Shown: positions 29,175-39,310, numbered from the stretch's first letter. The stretch is DNA of 64,000 nucleotides from an uncultured Planctomycetales bacterium (GCA_964489065.1 CAZAXH010000003.1:191104-255103); one strand, 5' to 3'. Notes: generated by a model not told the origin, from the sequence alone. Numbers and translations: made by a program.

Positions 29175-29307
29175 AAACAGTTCTGGGATTGATAAATTGA
29201 AAGAAAGGGGTTGGGAGAAGGGAAAACACTTCTATCGGAGGGAAAACGGGAGATTCTATTACTTATTTTGCTTCAGCGCCAGGGATAAACTTTAGTGGAG
29301 GAGATAT

Positions 29308-29877
29308 ATGAGAGGACGAGCCCTTTTTAAAATATTTAAACCGTTAATCCAATTGTGGGTCGGCATTTTTCGGTTGATGCCTGATGCTTGCATTTTGGTA
29401 ATTTGGGCTATGTTAGATGTTTTTCATGGCAAACTAGGGACGGGACTGCGTTATTGCATATTGAAAGCTAAAGCGGGTCATTGTGGAGACTGTGTTTATG
29501 TTGGACCGAATGTGGAAATTAGAAATGTAAATAAATTATATATAGGAAACAATGTCAGCATCCATCGTTTTAGTTATATTGATGCATTGGGGGAGATACA
29601 TATTGGAGATAATGTATCTGTAGCTCATAATTGTTCTTTTGTTTCATTTAATCATACTTGGGCTGATCCAAGCCTGCCGATAAGGGACAATCCAACAATC
29701 GCCGCGCCTATTGTTTTGGAAAATGATATTTGGTTAGGCTGCGGTGTGCGTGTTGTTGCCGGGGTTCGAATATTCTCGCGTACTGTAGTGGCCGCGGGGG
29801 CAGTGGTTGTAAAAAGTACGCAACCTGCGGGCCTTTATGCGGGCGTTCCGGCAAAATTGATTAAGAAACTTTTATAA
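29308..29877 (+). CDS. Hexapeptide-repeat (LbH) sugar O-acetyltransferase
   Basis: Tandem hexapeptides [LIV]-G-x4 across IGNNVSIHRF...IGDNVSVAHNCSF...IWLGCGVRVVAGVRI. Confidence 0.8.
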   Translation: MRGRALFKIFKPLIQLWVGIFRLMPDACILVIWAMLDVFHGKLGTGLRYCILKAKAGHCGDCVYVGPNVEIRNVNKLYIGNNVSIHRFSYIDALGEIHIGDNVSVAHNCSFVSFNHTWADPSLPIRDNPTIAAPIVLENDIWLGCGVRVVAGVRIFSRTVVAAGAVVVKSTQPAGLYAGVPAKLIKKLL

Positions 29878-29886
29878 GGTGGTTAT

Positions 29887-31095
29887 ATGAAGATTAAAGT
29901 AGCTTGGATTCACGAGCACGTTTTTTTATCTACAAACGATGGGAGTGTGTTTAGTAAGGGAAAACTGCCATATTCCACATGGCGGCGTTATTTAAAGCAT
30001 TTTAGTGATATGATCATAATTGGGCGCTCCGGTGGCCAGTGCGCTGTGAAAGATTTGGTGGGGCTTACTTTGTCAAGTGGGGATAGGGTTGCTTTTCATC
30101 TAATCCCTGATATGTTATCACCGTTACAGATGATAAAGAATCGAGCCATCGTTTCCCAGACGATAAGGAATGTGCTTAAGAGAGTCGATGCTGTTATTGT
30201 TCGGCAATCTCCGCTCGGCTGGTTGGCTGCTGAAGAAGCTACTCGTCTAGGGATTCCTTGGGCTGTTGAAGTGGTTGCAGATGCCTGGAATGCTTACTGG
30301 AATTATGGGACGCTGGTGGCTAAATTATATGCCCCGAAGGCTTCATTTGATGCTCGTTATTGGCTGAGTCGCGCAAAATTTGCTATATACGTGACGCGCG
30401 AATATTTACAGAAACAATATCCATGTAAGGGTGTATCTTATGGTGTGTCAGATGTTCAAGTTTTTCCTGTTTCCGAAGAAGTCCTTGAAAACAGGATACT
30501 TCGCTGGAAGGCAGTAGAGGAGCCTTCCCCAGAACTCGTTATGATAGGTATGATTGGCTCTTTGTTTAATCGTTATAAAGGGCTTCACGTGGCATTACGG
30601 TCGTTGCGTAGATTGAAAGATCGAGGGATACGGCTTGCACTACGTGTTTTAGGAAATGGGCATTTGGATGCATGGCGTCAGGAAGCGGCGCGATTGGGAG
30701 TGGCTGATTTATTGTTTTTAGACGGCAGCTTGCCGAGCGGGGAACCAGTTTTTCGATGGTTGGATGGTTTGGATGTTTATATTCAGCCAAGTTTTCAGGA
30801 AGGATTGCCTCGTGCATTGATTGAGGCGATGAGTCGAGGATTGCCGGCGTTGGGTTCCACATGTGGCGGAATCCCTGAATTATTGCCGAAAGGATGTTTG
30901 CATCGGCCTGGTGATGACAAGAAATTAGCGGCACAATTAGAACAAATGCTTCGAGATCGTTCGTGGCGCATTGCCCAAGCTCAGCGGAATTTTAATGAGG
31001 CAAAAAATTATTACGTCGAAAGAATCGAAAGGCATCGCGATGCTTTTTGGCAGGTATTCGTAAAATATGTGCAGGAAACAAAAGCAGGTTCTTGA
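29887..31095 (+). CDS. Glycosyltransferase family 4 (paralogue pair A, copy 1)
   Basis: MIGSLFNRYKGLHVALRSLRRLKDRGIRLALRVLGNGH...YIQPSFQEGLPRALIEAMSRGLPALGS. Confidence 0.8.
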   Translation: MKIKVAWIHEHVFLSTNDGSVFSKGKLPYSTWRRYLKHFSDMIIIGRSGGQCAVKDLVGLTLSSGDRVAFHLIPDMLSPLQMIKNRAIVSQTIRNVLKRVDAVIVRQSPLGWLAAEEATRLGIPWAVEVVADAWNAYWNYGTLVAKLYAPKASFDARYWLSRAKFAIYVTREYLQKQYPCKGVSYGVSDVQVFPVSEEVLENRILRWKAVEEPSPELVMIGMIGSLFNRYKGLHVALRSLRRLKDRGIRLALRVLGNGHLDAWRQEAARLGVADLLFLDGSLPSGEPVFRWLDGLDVYIQPSFQEGLPRALIEAMSRGLPALGSTCGGIPELLPKGCLHRPGDDKKLAAQLEQMLRDRSWRIAQAQRNFNEAKNYYVERIERHRDAFWQVFVKYVQETKAGS

Positions 31096-31107
31096 GATAT
31101 ATATATT

Positions 31108-32301
31108 ATGATCGCTCTTTTTGTTGACAGTAATCGCTTTGTACGAGCGCAGGATGGCACAGTTTTTTCAGATGGACAATTTCCGTATCGGCGTTGGAAG
31201 AGGTATTTAAAACATTTTGATGGTTTAGTGGTTATCTGCCGCATGTCCGATTCTCTCTCAGCTCCGTCGACATGGAATTTGTCTTCAGGCCCACGGGTAA
31301 CCTTTGTTGGCACCCCAGACGACCATGGCAAGCCATTGAGACAGTTGCAAACACACTTATCCAGGAAAATCATCCGTCAACAGATGAAAAAGGTGGATGC
31401 TGTGATTATCCGTCAATCGGCGCTTGGCTGGTTAGCGGCAGAAGAAGCGGAGCGCCGAAGGGTGCCTTGGGCAGTGGAGGTTGTTAATGACGATTGGAAT
31501 GCTTATTGGCACTATGGTAGTTTCTTGGGAAAGCTTTATGCTCCAATTGCTTGGCATGGTTCGCGCTATTGGATTGGGAAATCAAGATTCGCAATTTACG
31601 TAAGCCGTACCTATTTGCAAAGGTTATATCCATGCCGCGGATTGTCTTTCGGGGTGTCTGACGCCGACATCCAAGAAGTCGCAGTTGCTGTATTGGAACA
31701 TAAAATGGCACGATGGAATTCGGAACAATCAGTTTGCCCTAAGCGTCCGGTAGTCGGCATGATTGGATCATTGTTTAATCGTTACAAAGGTCTGCACGTT
31801 GCGTTACGTGCATTACGCAGGTTAAAAGAGCGGGGGATACGACTTGAACTGCACGTTTTGGGGAATGGTCATTTAGATGTGTGGCGTCGGGAAGCAGTGA
31901 AGTTTGGGGTATCCAATATTTTGTCTCTGGATGGCAACTTACCGAGTGGTGAGCAGGTTTTTCAATGGTTGGATGGAATGGATATTTATATTCAACCAAG
32001 TTTAACGGAAGGATTACCCCGGTCGCTAATTGAGGCGATGAGCCGGGGGCTTCCGGCGTTGGGTTCTAGGTGTGGTGGTATCCTTGAGTTACTACCCGAA
32101 GAATGTTTACATCGGCCCGGTGACGACAAGACGTTGTCTCAACAATTAGAACGTATGGTTCGAAATCATTCATGGCGGATTGAGCAAGCCCGGAGGAACT
32201 TCCACGAGGCAGAGAATTACTATAACGAATACTTGGAGCCGCTTCGGGATGAATTTTTTCAGAAGTTTGTGAGCTTTGTCAAGAGGGAACGAAATTTATG
32301 A
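31108..32301 (+). CDS. Glycosyltransferase family 4 (paralogue pair A, copy 2, a tandem duplicate of the preceding gene)
   Basis: Colinear similarity across the full length to 29887-31095, e.g. MIGSLFNRYKGLHVALRALRRLKERGIRLELHVLGNGH and YIQPSLTEGLPRSLIEAMSRGLPALGS. Confidence 0.8.
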   Translation: MIALFVDSNRFVRAQDGTVFSDGQFPYRRWKRYLKHFDGLVVICRMSDSLSAPSTWNLSSGPRVTFVGTPDDHGKPLRQLQTHLSRKIIRQQMKKVDAVIIRQSALGWLAAEEAERRRVPWAVEVVNDDWNAYWHYGSFLGKLYAPIAWHGSRYWIGKSRFAIYVSRTYLQRLYPCRGLSFGVSDADIQEVAVAVLEHKMARWNSEQSVCPKRPVVGMIGSLFNRYKGLHVALRALRRLKERGIRLELHVLGNGHLDVWRREAVKFGVSNILSLDGNLPSGEQVFQWLDGMDIYIQPSLTEGLPRSLIEAMSRGLPALGSRCGGILELLPEECLHRPGDDKTLSQQLERMVRNHSWRIEQARRNFHEAENYYNEYLEPLRDEFFQKFVSFVKRERNL

Positions 32302-33503
32302 AGCAACCAGAGATTTTATCTTGCCTGATTATTGGGGGGCTGCCGGTTTCTATTACAAATTTTAGGGAGCCGTTAATTAGGGCTATTTTAAAGAAGGGGG
32401 TTGAAGTTCATGTCGCGGTGAACGGTTTTGATCCTTATGTGGAGGCGAGGATGCGTGACTTAAGGGTGTCATATCATGCTATACACATAACGCGGGCCGG
32501 GACAAACCCGTTTGTAGACATAATGACATTGTTGGATTTGATTCGCCTCATACGAACGATAAAACCATCTTTGGTTTTAAGTTATACAATTAAACCGGTT
32601 ATTTACGGTGGATTAGCTGCGCGGTTTTGTCGAATTCCCGCTATTTTCTCTTTGATTACAGGGTTAGGATATGCGTTTGCTGATAGAAAGTCATGGCGAC
32701 AACTTTTAGTTGGTTATTTGGCAAAGTTCCTTTATAGATGTAGTTTGTGTAAATGTCGGCGCGTATTTTTTCAAAACCCGGATGATAGAGATATTTTTGT
32801 TGAAATGGGGCTGGCGAGGCAAGAACAGGCTGTGGTGGTTAGCGGCTCCGGTGTAGATTTAGATTCGTTCCCTTTTAAGGCAATCAACCTGGAGAAGGCT
32901 ACTGCGCGAGGATTAGTTTTTTTGCTTATTGCTCGCTTATTACGCGACAAAGGGATATGCGAGTATGCCGAGGCAGCGAGGATGCTCAAGGAAAGATATC
33001 CACAGACAAAGTTCCTTCTAGTGGGAGATTTTGATCCAAATCCGATGGGGTTAAAGCCAGAAGATATTAGCGCTTGGGAAAAAGATGGGGTTCTTGATTT
33101 TAAAGGTTATCAGAAGGATGTGCGCCCGTTTTTTCAAATGTGCGACGTTTACGTGTTGCCTTCTTTTTATCGTGAAGGTACGCCCCGTACGGTTTTGGAG
33201 GCCATGTCTATGGGGAGGGCCGTGATTACAACGGATGCTCCGGGGTGCCGGGAGACCATAAATTTTTCAGATAGTAGGTCAAAAGAGAAAGGAATAGATG
33301 ATGTGGAGGGCTTGAAATTTGGGCAGAATGGCATTTTGGTACCAGCACGAAATGCCGGAGCGTTGGCAAAAGCGATGGAATTTTTTATTAATCAACCGGA
33401 GCGAGTTGAGGTTATGGGACGAGAAAGCCGTGTGTATGCAGAACAACGTTATGATGTTCATAAAGTGAATGCCGTGATATTAAAAGAAATGGGGTTTGAA
33501 TAA
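32298..33503 (+). CDS. Glycosyltransferase family 4 (WbuB-like, paralogue pair B, copy 1)
   Basis: VLPSFYREGTPRTVLEAMSMGRAVITTDAPGCRETI, which is the GT4 EX7E region. Confidence 0.8.
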   Translation: MKQPEILSCLIIGGLPVSITNFREPLIRAILKKGVEVHVAVNGFDPYVEARMRDLRVSYHAIHITRAGTNPFVDIMTLLDLIRLIRTIKPSLVLSYTIKPVIYGGLAARFCRIPAIFSLITGLGYAFADRKSWRQLLVGYLAKFLYRCSLCKCRRVFFQNPDDRDIFVEMGLARQEQAVVVSGSGVDLDSFPFKAINLEKATARGLVFLLIARLLRDKGICEYAEAARMLKERYPQTKFLLVGDFDPNPMGLKPEDISAWEKDGVLDFKGYQKDVRPFFQMCDVYVLPSFYREGTPRTVLEAMSMGRAVITTDAPGCRETINFSDSRSKEKGIDDVEGLKFGQNGILVPARNAGALAKAMEFFINQPERVEVMGRESRVYAEQRYDVHKVNAVILKEMGFE

Positions 33504-33505
33504 AT

Positions 33506-34645
33506 ATGGAAAAGGCCCTGCCAAAATTTTGCCTTATTGTTGGTGGGGGTGATTTGAGGTCCCTGATCATTTTTCGTGCCCCGCTTATTCGTGCTTTTTT
33601 AGATGTAGGCATCAAGGTAATTGCCTCGGCTTGTGGGCAGGACCCGGAGGCGGAATCATTTTTGAAAAAGATGGGGGTGAAGTACTATCCTATTTGGATT
33701 AAAAGGTCGGGGATGAACCCTTTTTTCGAGATCCGGACATTACAAGATCTGATGAAATTAATGAAGCAAGTCCGTCCCGAGATAGTTGTTTTTTACAATA
33801 TTAAACCTATCATTTATGGAGGATTCGTAGCGCGGCTTTGCGGTGTAAGGAAAATCTTCTCTATGATTGAAGGCTTGGGACGTCCTTTTATGCCGTGGGA
33901 ATCTTTTTCTCACGCTGTGGCGTCTGTTGTGGCTAGAGGCTTGTATAGAGTCGGGCTTCTTTTTAGTAATCGTGTTTTCTTTCTTAACCCGGATGATCAG
34001 AAAGAAATGATCAATGCGGGGTATTTGTCTAAAGATAAAGCTGTTTTGCTCAATGGGATAGGTGTTGATCTTGATGAGTACCCTTTAAAGGATATTCCTC
34101 AGGGCTCCAAGGTGCGGTTTCTTATGATCGCGCGTGTGATGAAAGAAAAAGGTGTTCGTGAGTTTGTCGCCGCCGCCAGGATTATTAGAACACGGTATCA
34201 CAATGTCGACTTTGTCTTGATTTGTGAGCCTGAGTACGGTTCGAGTACTATTCCCCAAAAGGATCTTGATGCTTGGAAGGCAGAGGGGGTCATAGAATAT
34301 TCTGGTTGGATAGACGATGTCCGTCCAGCTTACAGAGATTGCCATGTATTCGTTTTGCCGTCCTTTTACCGCGAGGGGGTGCCTCGGACATTACTTGAAG
34401 CCTTGGCAACGGGCCGCGCTGTGATCACAACCGATATGCCAGGATGTCGAGAAACGGTTGACGAAGGGGTTAACGGGTTCCTCGTTCCCGCGAAAGATGT
34501 CATGTCTCTTGCTCAAGCCATGGAGAGGTTTATTTTAAATCCAGTGTTGATTAAGAAAATGGGTATACAGAGTCGAAAGATTGCAGAAGAAAAATATGAC
34601 GTGCATAAAGTTAACGCCGTGATTATACGTGCGATGGAATTATGA
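33506..34645 (+). CDS. Glycosyltransferase family 4 (WbuB-like, paralogue pair B, copy 2)
   Basis: VLPSFYREGVPRTLLEALATGRAVITTDMPGCRETV. Colinear with 32298-33503. Confidence 0.8.
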   Translation: MEKALPKFCLIVGGGDLRSLIIFRAPLIRAFLDVGIKVIASACGQDPEAESFLKKMGVKYYPIWIKRSGMNPFFEIRTLQDLMKLMKQVRPEIVVFYNIKPIIYGGFVARLCGVRKIFSMIEGLGRPFMPWESFSHAVASVVARGLYRVGLLFSNRVFFLNPDDQKEMINAGYLSKDKAVLLNGIGVDLDEYPLKDIPQGSKVRFLMIARVMKEKGVREFVAAARIIRTRYHNVDFVLICEPEYGSSTIPQKDLDAWKAEGVIEYSGWIDDVRPAYRDCHVFVLPSFYREGVPRTLLEALATGRAVITTDMPGCRETVDEGVNGFLVPAKDVMSLAQAMERFILNPVLIKKMGIQSRKIAEEKYDVHKVNAVIIRAMEL

Positions 34646-34654
34646 AACAATTTT

Positions 34655-36823
34655 TTGTCTTTTAAAAGGGTGCCCGCCACGATGTCGTTAAATGATTTTA
34701 GCCAGACACCGCAGGTACAAGCAAAGTTTTCTTGTTTAAACCGGTATTCAGATTTGTTCCAGCGGATGGGACAAAAAAATATATTTTTTGACGGGGTTTT
34801 GTGGACGTCCTATCAAAGAATGATTGTTCCCGTGGGATCCGTTTCGTGTGATTACGGGGTTTCTGCGGATAAGCATCGAAGGGGTCTTTTTGGGTTTTTT
34901 AAAACTTGCGTGCTTATTCGGGCAGGAAACGGTTTTGTCCCGACTCCAGAGATATGGTATTCCGTTCTTTGTGATCGGCAAGTAACTTTGTCTGATTTGT
35001 CTTCAGACACAAGATCGAAAGTGCGTCGAGGCTTGAAGCATTGCGTAGTTCGTAAAGTTGACGCAAGTTTTGTCGCGCAATATGCCTGGCCGGTGTATTC
35101 GGCGGCGTTTTCAAGATATAGCAATAGCTCATTGAAGAAAACCGAACGTCAATTTAAAAAAGAGGTCTTCTTGACGTCAGATTTTGAGGATATCGTTGAT
35201 TACTGGGGCGTTTTTGAAAAGAGAACTGGGCAGTTAATCGCGTATACAAAAAATTATTTATACCAAAATATAGAAGCTAATTATTGGACAATTAGGTTTC
35301 ATCCTGAGTTTCTCCGGCTTTATTCCAGTTATGCGCTTTTTTACGAAATGAATCGGCATTACTTGGGGGAAAGAAAATTTGTTTATGTCAACGATGGCTT
35401 TCGCAGTTTGTTGCATGAGACGAACATTCAAGATTATCTTATAAATAAATTTCTTTTTAGAAAGCAGGCAATCGGCTTGAGCCTCTATTATCAGCCATGT
35501 TTCGGGTTAGGGATGAAATTAAGTTATCCTGTCCGCAAGTTGATTCGAAGAACATATGCTCCCCTGGATGCTCTTTACACCCTTGAGGAAATTAACCGCC
35601 AGACACAGGAAGGATGTGAGCGGGCAAGGATGGTCGACGTCGTTGTTACTTATGGTTGGAATCGTGTCGCATATAATATGTTGCGAGCATTGACATCGCA
35701 TGGAGTGCGGGTCGCAATCGGGGACACTGCGACAACAGCGATGGCAAAGAAGTCGCGGTATTGTTCGGAGACATTCCAATATAGATCGTTTTACACTCGG
35801 CCTCAGGATTTTGTCGGGGATTTAGAAACCGTGTTTCGTCGGTTAAGACCGAAAGTTTATTTGCCATCACATGAAGAAACGTTTGTTGTGGCGCGCTATA
35901 TTGACCGACTTCGAAAGACGGGCGTTAAAATCCCAATTGCAGATTTTGATTTGTTGCGCACCCTTCATCGAAAGGATTTGATGGCGGTTGTAGCCCAAAA
36001 GCTGGGAATCCCAACACCCAAGACGGTAAAACTTAAAAGTTTGAGTGAATTGGGTCGTGTGTGGGAGGAGGCGGGGCAGGGTGGATGTGTTGTTGTGAAG
36101 GCTTTGAATACAAATAGTTCCAAAGGAGTTTTCTATGCGCGTTCTCTTGAAGAACTGAAGACAATCTGCGGTGGTATAATCAGGGGCTTGGCAAAAGAAA
36201 ATTATCCTATTGTGCAGGAATATGTTGAGGGTGCGGGATATGGGGTATCAATGTTATTTAATCACGGGGTTTTGAAGGCGAAATTTACACATAAACGTCT
36301 TCGGGAAAAGCTCTCGACCGGAGGCACGAGTACTGTGCGTATAAGTACGGAAAATGCTGAATTGGAGCGTTTAGCAGAAAAGTTGTTGGGATCAATGAAG
36401 TGGCATGGGGTGGCTATGGTTGAATTTAAATATAATGAATCTACCAAGCGCGGATGGTTGATTGAAGTGAACCCGAGATTTTGGGGGTCCTTGGCACTAG
36501 CCATTCATTCAGGCGTTAATTTTCCGTATCTTTTATACAAAATGGCATTGGATGAAGAGTTTGTCCCTGTTTTCGATTACAAGAAAGGGGTCGTGTCTCG
36601 ATGGATACTGGGTGACGTTTTGGCCGCTTTAGATTGTTTGAAGAACAGACAGAAAATGTTTAATGTGATGGATTTTACCGGCGAAAACATTAACTACGAT
36701 GATTTGTATAAAGATGATCCCGGGCCTTTCTTCGCGCAGTGTGGTTATTATGCGATGAAATTTCTTAGTAATTTTAAAATAAATCCTACTGAGGAAGCTA
36801 TTTTAGATATCGATCGAATATGA
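34655..36823 (+). CDS. Fusion protein: FemAB/CelD-like GNAT domain (Acetyltransf_6) fused to a C-terminal ATP-grasp ligase domain
   Basis: The N-terminal ~300 aa (FHPEFLRLYSSYALFYEMNRHYLGERKFVYVNDGFRSL) resemble the FemAB/BioF2-like aminoacyl-transferase fold. The C-terminal ~380 aa carry ATP-grasp motifs (GCVVVKALNTNSSKGVFYA, EYVEGAGYGVSMLF, WLIEVNPRFWGSL). Confidence 0.65.
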   Translation: MSFKRVPATMSLNDFSQTPQVQAKFSCLNRYSDLFQRMGQKNIFFDGVLWTSYQRMIVPVGSVSCDYGVSADKHRRGLFGFFKTCVLIRAGNGFVPTPEIWYSVLCDRQVTLSDLSSDTRSKVRRGLKHCVVRKVDASFVAQYAWPVYSAAFSRYSNSSLKKTERQFKKEVFLTSDFEDIVDYWGVFEKRTGQLIAYTKNYLYQNIEANYWTIRFHPEFLRLYSSYALFYEMNRHYLGERKFVYVNDGFRSLLHETNIQDYLINKFLFRKQAIGLSLYYQPCFGLGMKLSYPVRKLIRRTYAPLDALYTLEEINRQTQEGCERARMVDVVVTYGWNRVAYNMLRALTSHGVRVAIGDTATTAMAKKSRYCSETFQYRSFYTRPQDFVGDLETVFRRLRPKVYLPSHEETFVVARYIDRLRKTGVKIPIADFDLLRTLHRKDLMAVVAQKLGIPTPKTVKLKSLSELGRVWEEAGQGGCVVVKALNTNSSKGVFYARSLEELKTICGGIIRGLAKENYPIVQEYVEGAGYGVSMLFNHGVLKAKFTHKRLREKLSTGGTSTVRISTENAELERLAEKLLGSMKWHGVAMVEFKYNESTKRGWLIEVNPRFWGSLALAIHSGVNFPYLLYKMALDEEFVPVFDYKKGVVSRWILGDVLAALDCLKNRQKMFNVMDFTGENINYDDLYKDDPGPFFAQCGYYAMKFLSNFKINPTEEAILDIDRI

Positions 36824-37416
36824 AAACAGTTTTATTTGATTTTGATAAGACGTTGACGCGACGCGACACTTTGAGGCCTGTCGCACATTTCTTGGCCAAG
36901 GAGTTTTGTAATCGGGTCGGATTGATCTACGTGTACATTGCGTTGATATCATTTCGATTGCGTTTAGTGAGTGAAATAAAAATGAAAGAAGTTTTTTTGA
37001 GTACTTTTGTGAGAGGTAGAAAAGTTAATGATGTCAGCTTGGTTGTAAAAAAGTTTTTCAGCAGAAAATTAGAAATTTTAATGAATCGATCGGTATTTGA
37101 AGCTTTGGAACGCCATCGTAAGAGTGGAGATAAAGTTTTTATTGTTTCAGCAAATTTTGACTTTCTTCTGGAGCCACTGGTTGAACTTTGGGGAATAGAC
37201 GGGGTTATTGCGACTCGGACGGAAAAAGTTAATGATGTATTTACCGGAAGAATTATTGGTTACACCTGTAGAGGTGGAGAAAAGGTGAAACGTTTAAAAG
37301 AAATATTTGCAGAGAACGATATTGCTAATATGGTTGCATTTGGAGATATTGAAGACGAAGAAATGCTGGGAGTGGTTGAAAAAGGAGTGTTAGTAAAGGA
37401 TGGAGCAAAATTTTGA
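36820..37416 (+). CDS. HAD-superfamily hydrolase, subfamily IB (phosphoserine phosphatase-like)
   Basis: Motif I LFDFDKTLT, motif II VSANFD, motif IV FGDIEDEEM. Confidence 0.7.
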   Translation: MKTVLFDFDKTLTRRDTLRPVAHFLAKEFCNRVGLIYVYIALISFRLRLVSEIKMKEVFLSTFVRGRKVNDVSLVVKKFFSRKLEILMNRSVFEALERHRKSGDKVFIVSANFDFLLEPLVELWGIDGVIATRTEKVNDVFTGRIIGYTCRGGEKVKRLKEIFAENDIANMVAFGDIEDEEMLGVVEKGVLVKDGAKF

Positions 37417-38155
37417 TTTGTACAAAACAACGGAGTTCTCGGAATGGGCTTTTAAGGAAGGATTGAGTCCCGCGGAAGATTTTATCCTTCGATCTCTTAA
37501 TCCTGTGAAATCAGTGCTTGAAGCCGGAACGGGCGGCGGTCGGCTCCTTCACGCTTTAGCCTTGAAAGGTTTTCGTTCGTTAGCGGGTTTCGATAGCTTG
37601 GCAGACTTTATTAATGTTGCAAAAAGCAGAGATTCGGTTGGTACCATTCAGTTCGATATCGCAGACGCCAGAAAGCTGCTATACAGCGATGAACAGTTTG
37701 ATCAGTGTTTGTATCTTCAGCAACTATTGTGCTTTATCGAAGATAAATCAGATCGATGTGGCAGTTTGCGGGAGTTACGAAGAGTTCTCAAAATCGGTGG
37801 GGTCGCTTATCTTTCCTTCCTGTTCAGGGAAACCCGGGAACAAACAGTCGTTGGAATTATTTCCAAGTGGTATTTAAAGTTTCTGCGTAAATTTGTTCAC
37901 CAAGATCTTCCGTTTTCATTGCAGCCGTGGCTTAAGCGAGGGCGATACTTTCATTTATCATGCTTGTGGGATGCTCCACCGTATGTTTGTTGGTATTCAT
38001 TACACGAAGCGCTGGAAGATGTCAGGAATGCCGGCTTGGTTGTGCAGGGCGTTGCAACTGATCATCAGCTGGCGGAAGGCCGATGGGTAGCCCCGGATGC
38101 TTTGCGTAAAGAAACGATGAAAGGGTTCCTCTATTTAAAGTGTAGCAAGGAATAA
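37400..38155 (+). CDS. Class I SAM-dependent methyltransferase
   Basis: Motif I VLEAGTGGGRL. Post-I acidic residue in GFDS. Confidence 0.7.
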   Translation: MEQNFDLYKTTEFSEWAFKEGLSPAEDFILRSLNPVKSVLEAGTGGGRLLHALALKGFRSLAGFDSLADFINVAKSRDSVGTIQFDIADARKLLYSDEQFDQCLYLQQLLCFIEDKSDRCGSLRELRRVLKIGGVAYLSFLFRETREQTVVGIISKWYLKFLRKFVHQDLPFSLQPWLKRGRYFHLSCLWDAPPYVCWYSLHEALEDVRNAGLVVQGVATDHQLAEGRWVAPDALRKETMKGFLYLKCSKE

Positions 38156-38167
38156 CAGCAGGCACAT

Positions 38168-39079
38168 ATGTCTATAATTCCGACATTACGACTATGGATA
38201 GGGACTTTCCTGCGGTTTTCGGGGATAAGTTTTTTCTTGCGTGAGGTAGTGTTGAGGAATCGGAACACGATTATTTATTATCATTGTCCCTCAGCCATGA
38301 TTTTTGAAAAGCATTTAGAATATTTAATAAAAAGGTATAATATTATTTCATTAGACGCTCTAGTACAAGCCATCGTATCTCAGGATTGGTCAAATATCCC
38401 GTCGAAAAGTATGGTTATCACTATTGATGATGGTTATAAGGAGAATTTTGCGTTACTTAATGTGATAAAGAAATATAAAATACCTGTTACGATATATTTG
38501 TCTAGTCATGTTGTTAATACAAAAAGGAGATTTTGGTTTGAAGCCGGATTTCCGGACAATACAGTTTTGATGCGCTTCTCGAATCAACAGCGGCTTGCCT
38601 TCCTGGCAAAAGAAGTCGGGTTCCATCCGACTAAGGCATATGAAGAACCCCAGGCTTTAAATGATGAACAGATCATGGAAATGTCGCCATTCGTGGATTT
38701 CCAGTCTCATGGCCGGTATCATTTTCCATTAGGGACTTGTTCGGATGAGGAGAGCAACTTGGAAATCCGCGAATCCCGGGTGTTCTTGGGGGAAAAGCTG
38801 AAAAAGGAAATAGAACATTTTTCTTATCCTAACGGTAGCTACGGAGAGCGCGAAATTACTTATTTAAAGAATGAGGGGTATGTTTCCTCGGTGACGGTAG
38901 ATGTCGGTTGGAATACACAAAAAACAAGTTCTTTTACTTTGAAACGAATGCCGATCTCTGATGATGCTCCGATTAATGAGTTGGTGGCGCAGTTGTTCGG
39001 AATCGCGTGTTATTTTCACTTTTTGTTTTCGGGGAGCTGGGGAGGAAAAAGGCCTAAGGATGCGCGTGTAGCAGGTTGA
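38168..39079 (+). CDS. Polysaccharide deacetylase (CE4, NodB homology domain)
   Basis: MVITIDDGYKEN, which is the TxDDG motif 1, then VTIYL, then a His motif QSHGRYHFPL. Confidence 0.75.
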   Translation: MSIIPTLRLWIGTFLRFSGISFFLREVVLRNRNTIIYYHCPSAMIFEKHLEYLIKRYNIISLDALVQAIVSQDWSNIPSKSMVITIDDGYKENFALLNVIKKYKIPVTIYLSSHVVNTKRRFWFEAGFPDNTVLMRFSNQQRLAFLAKEVGFHPTKAYEEPQALNDEQIMEMSPFVDFQSHGRYHFPLGTCSDEESNLEIRESRVFLGEKLKKEIEHFSYPNGSYGEREITYLKNEGYVSSVTVDVGWNTQKTSSFTLKRMPISDDAPINELVAQLFGIACYFHFLFSGSWGGKRPKDARVAG

Positions 39080-39110
39080 ATCTGAAAGGACAGGAGTATA
39101 AAATAAAACC

Positions 39111-39200
39111 ATGAAACGCCTTTTCGACATTTTCTTTTCGGTTTTCGGGCTGGTGGTGTTTGCCATGTTGAGGGGGGGCGGCACCGTAAGTATTTGATTA
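39111..39200 (+). pseudogene. Truncated 5' remnant of an undecaprenyl-phosphate sugar-transferase gene (copy 1 of 3)
   Basis: atgaaacgccttttcgacattttcttttcggttttcgggctggtggtgtttgcc (MKRLFDIFFSVFGLVVFA) is preceded by an AGGAG ribosome-binding site and is identical to the first 54 nt of the remnant at 40647. It matches the 5' end of the intact gene at 42540 and then runs into a stop. Confidence 0.7.
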
Positions 39201-39310
39201 ATAATATATGTAAAAATATGAAGTTCTCCGAAGACTCGGGTTTCTTGACTAATTTAATGCGCATATTGATATAGTCTTGACTTTTTCAATATAAATGTTA
39301 AACTTTTGCT

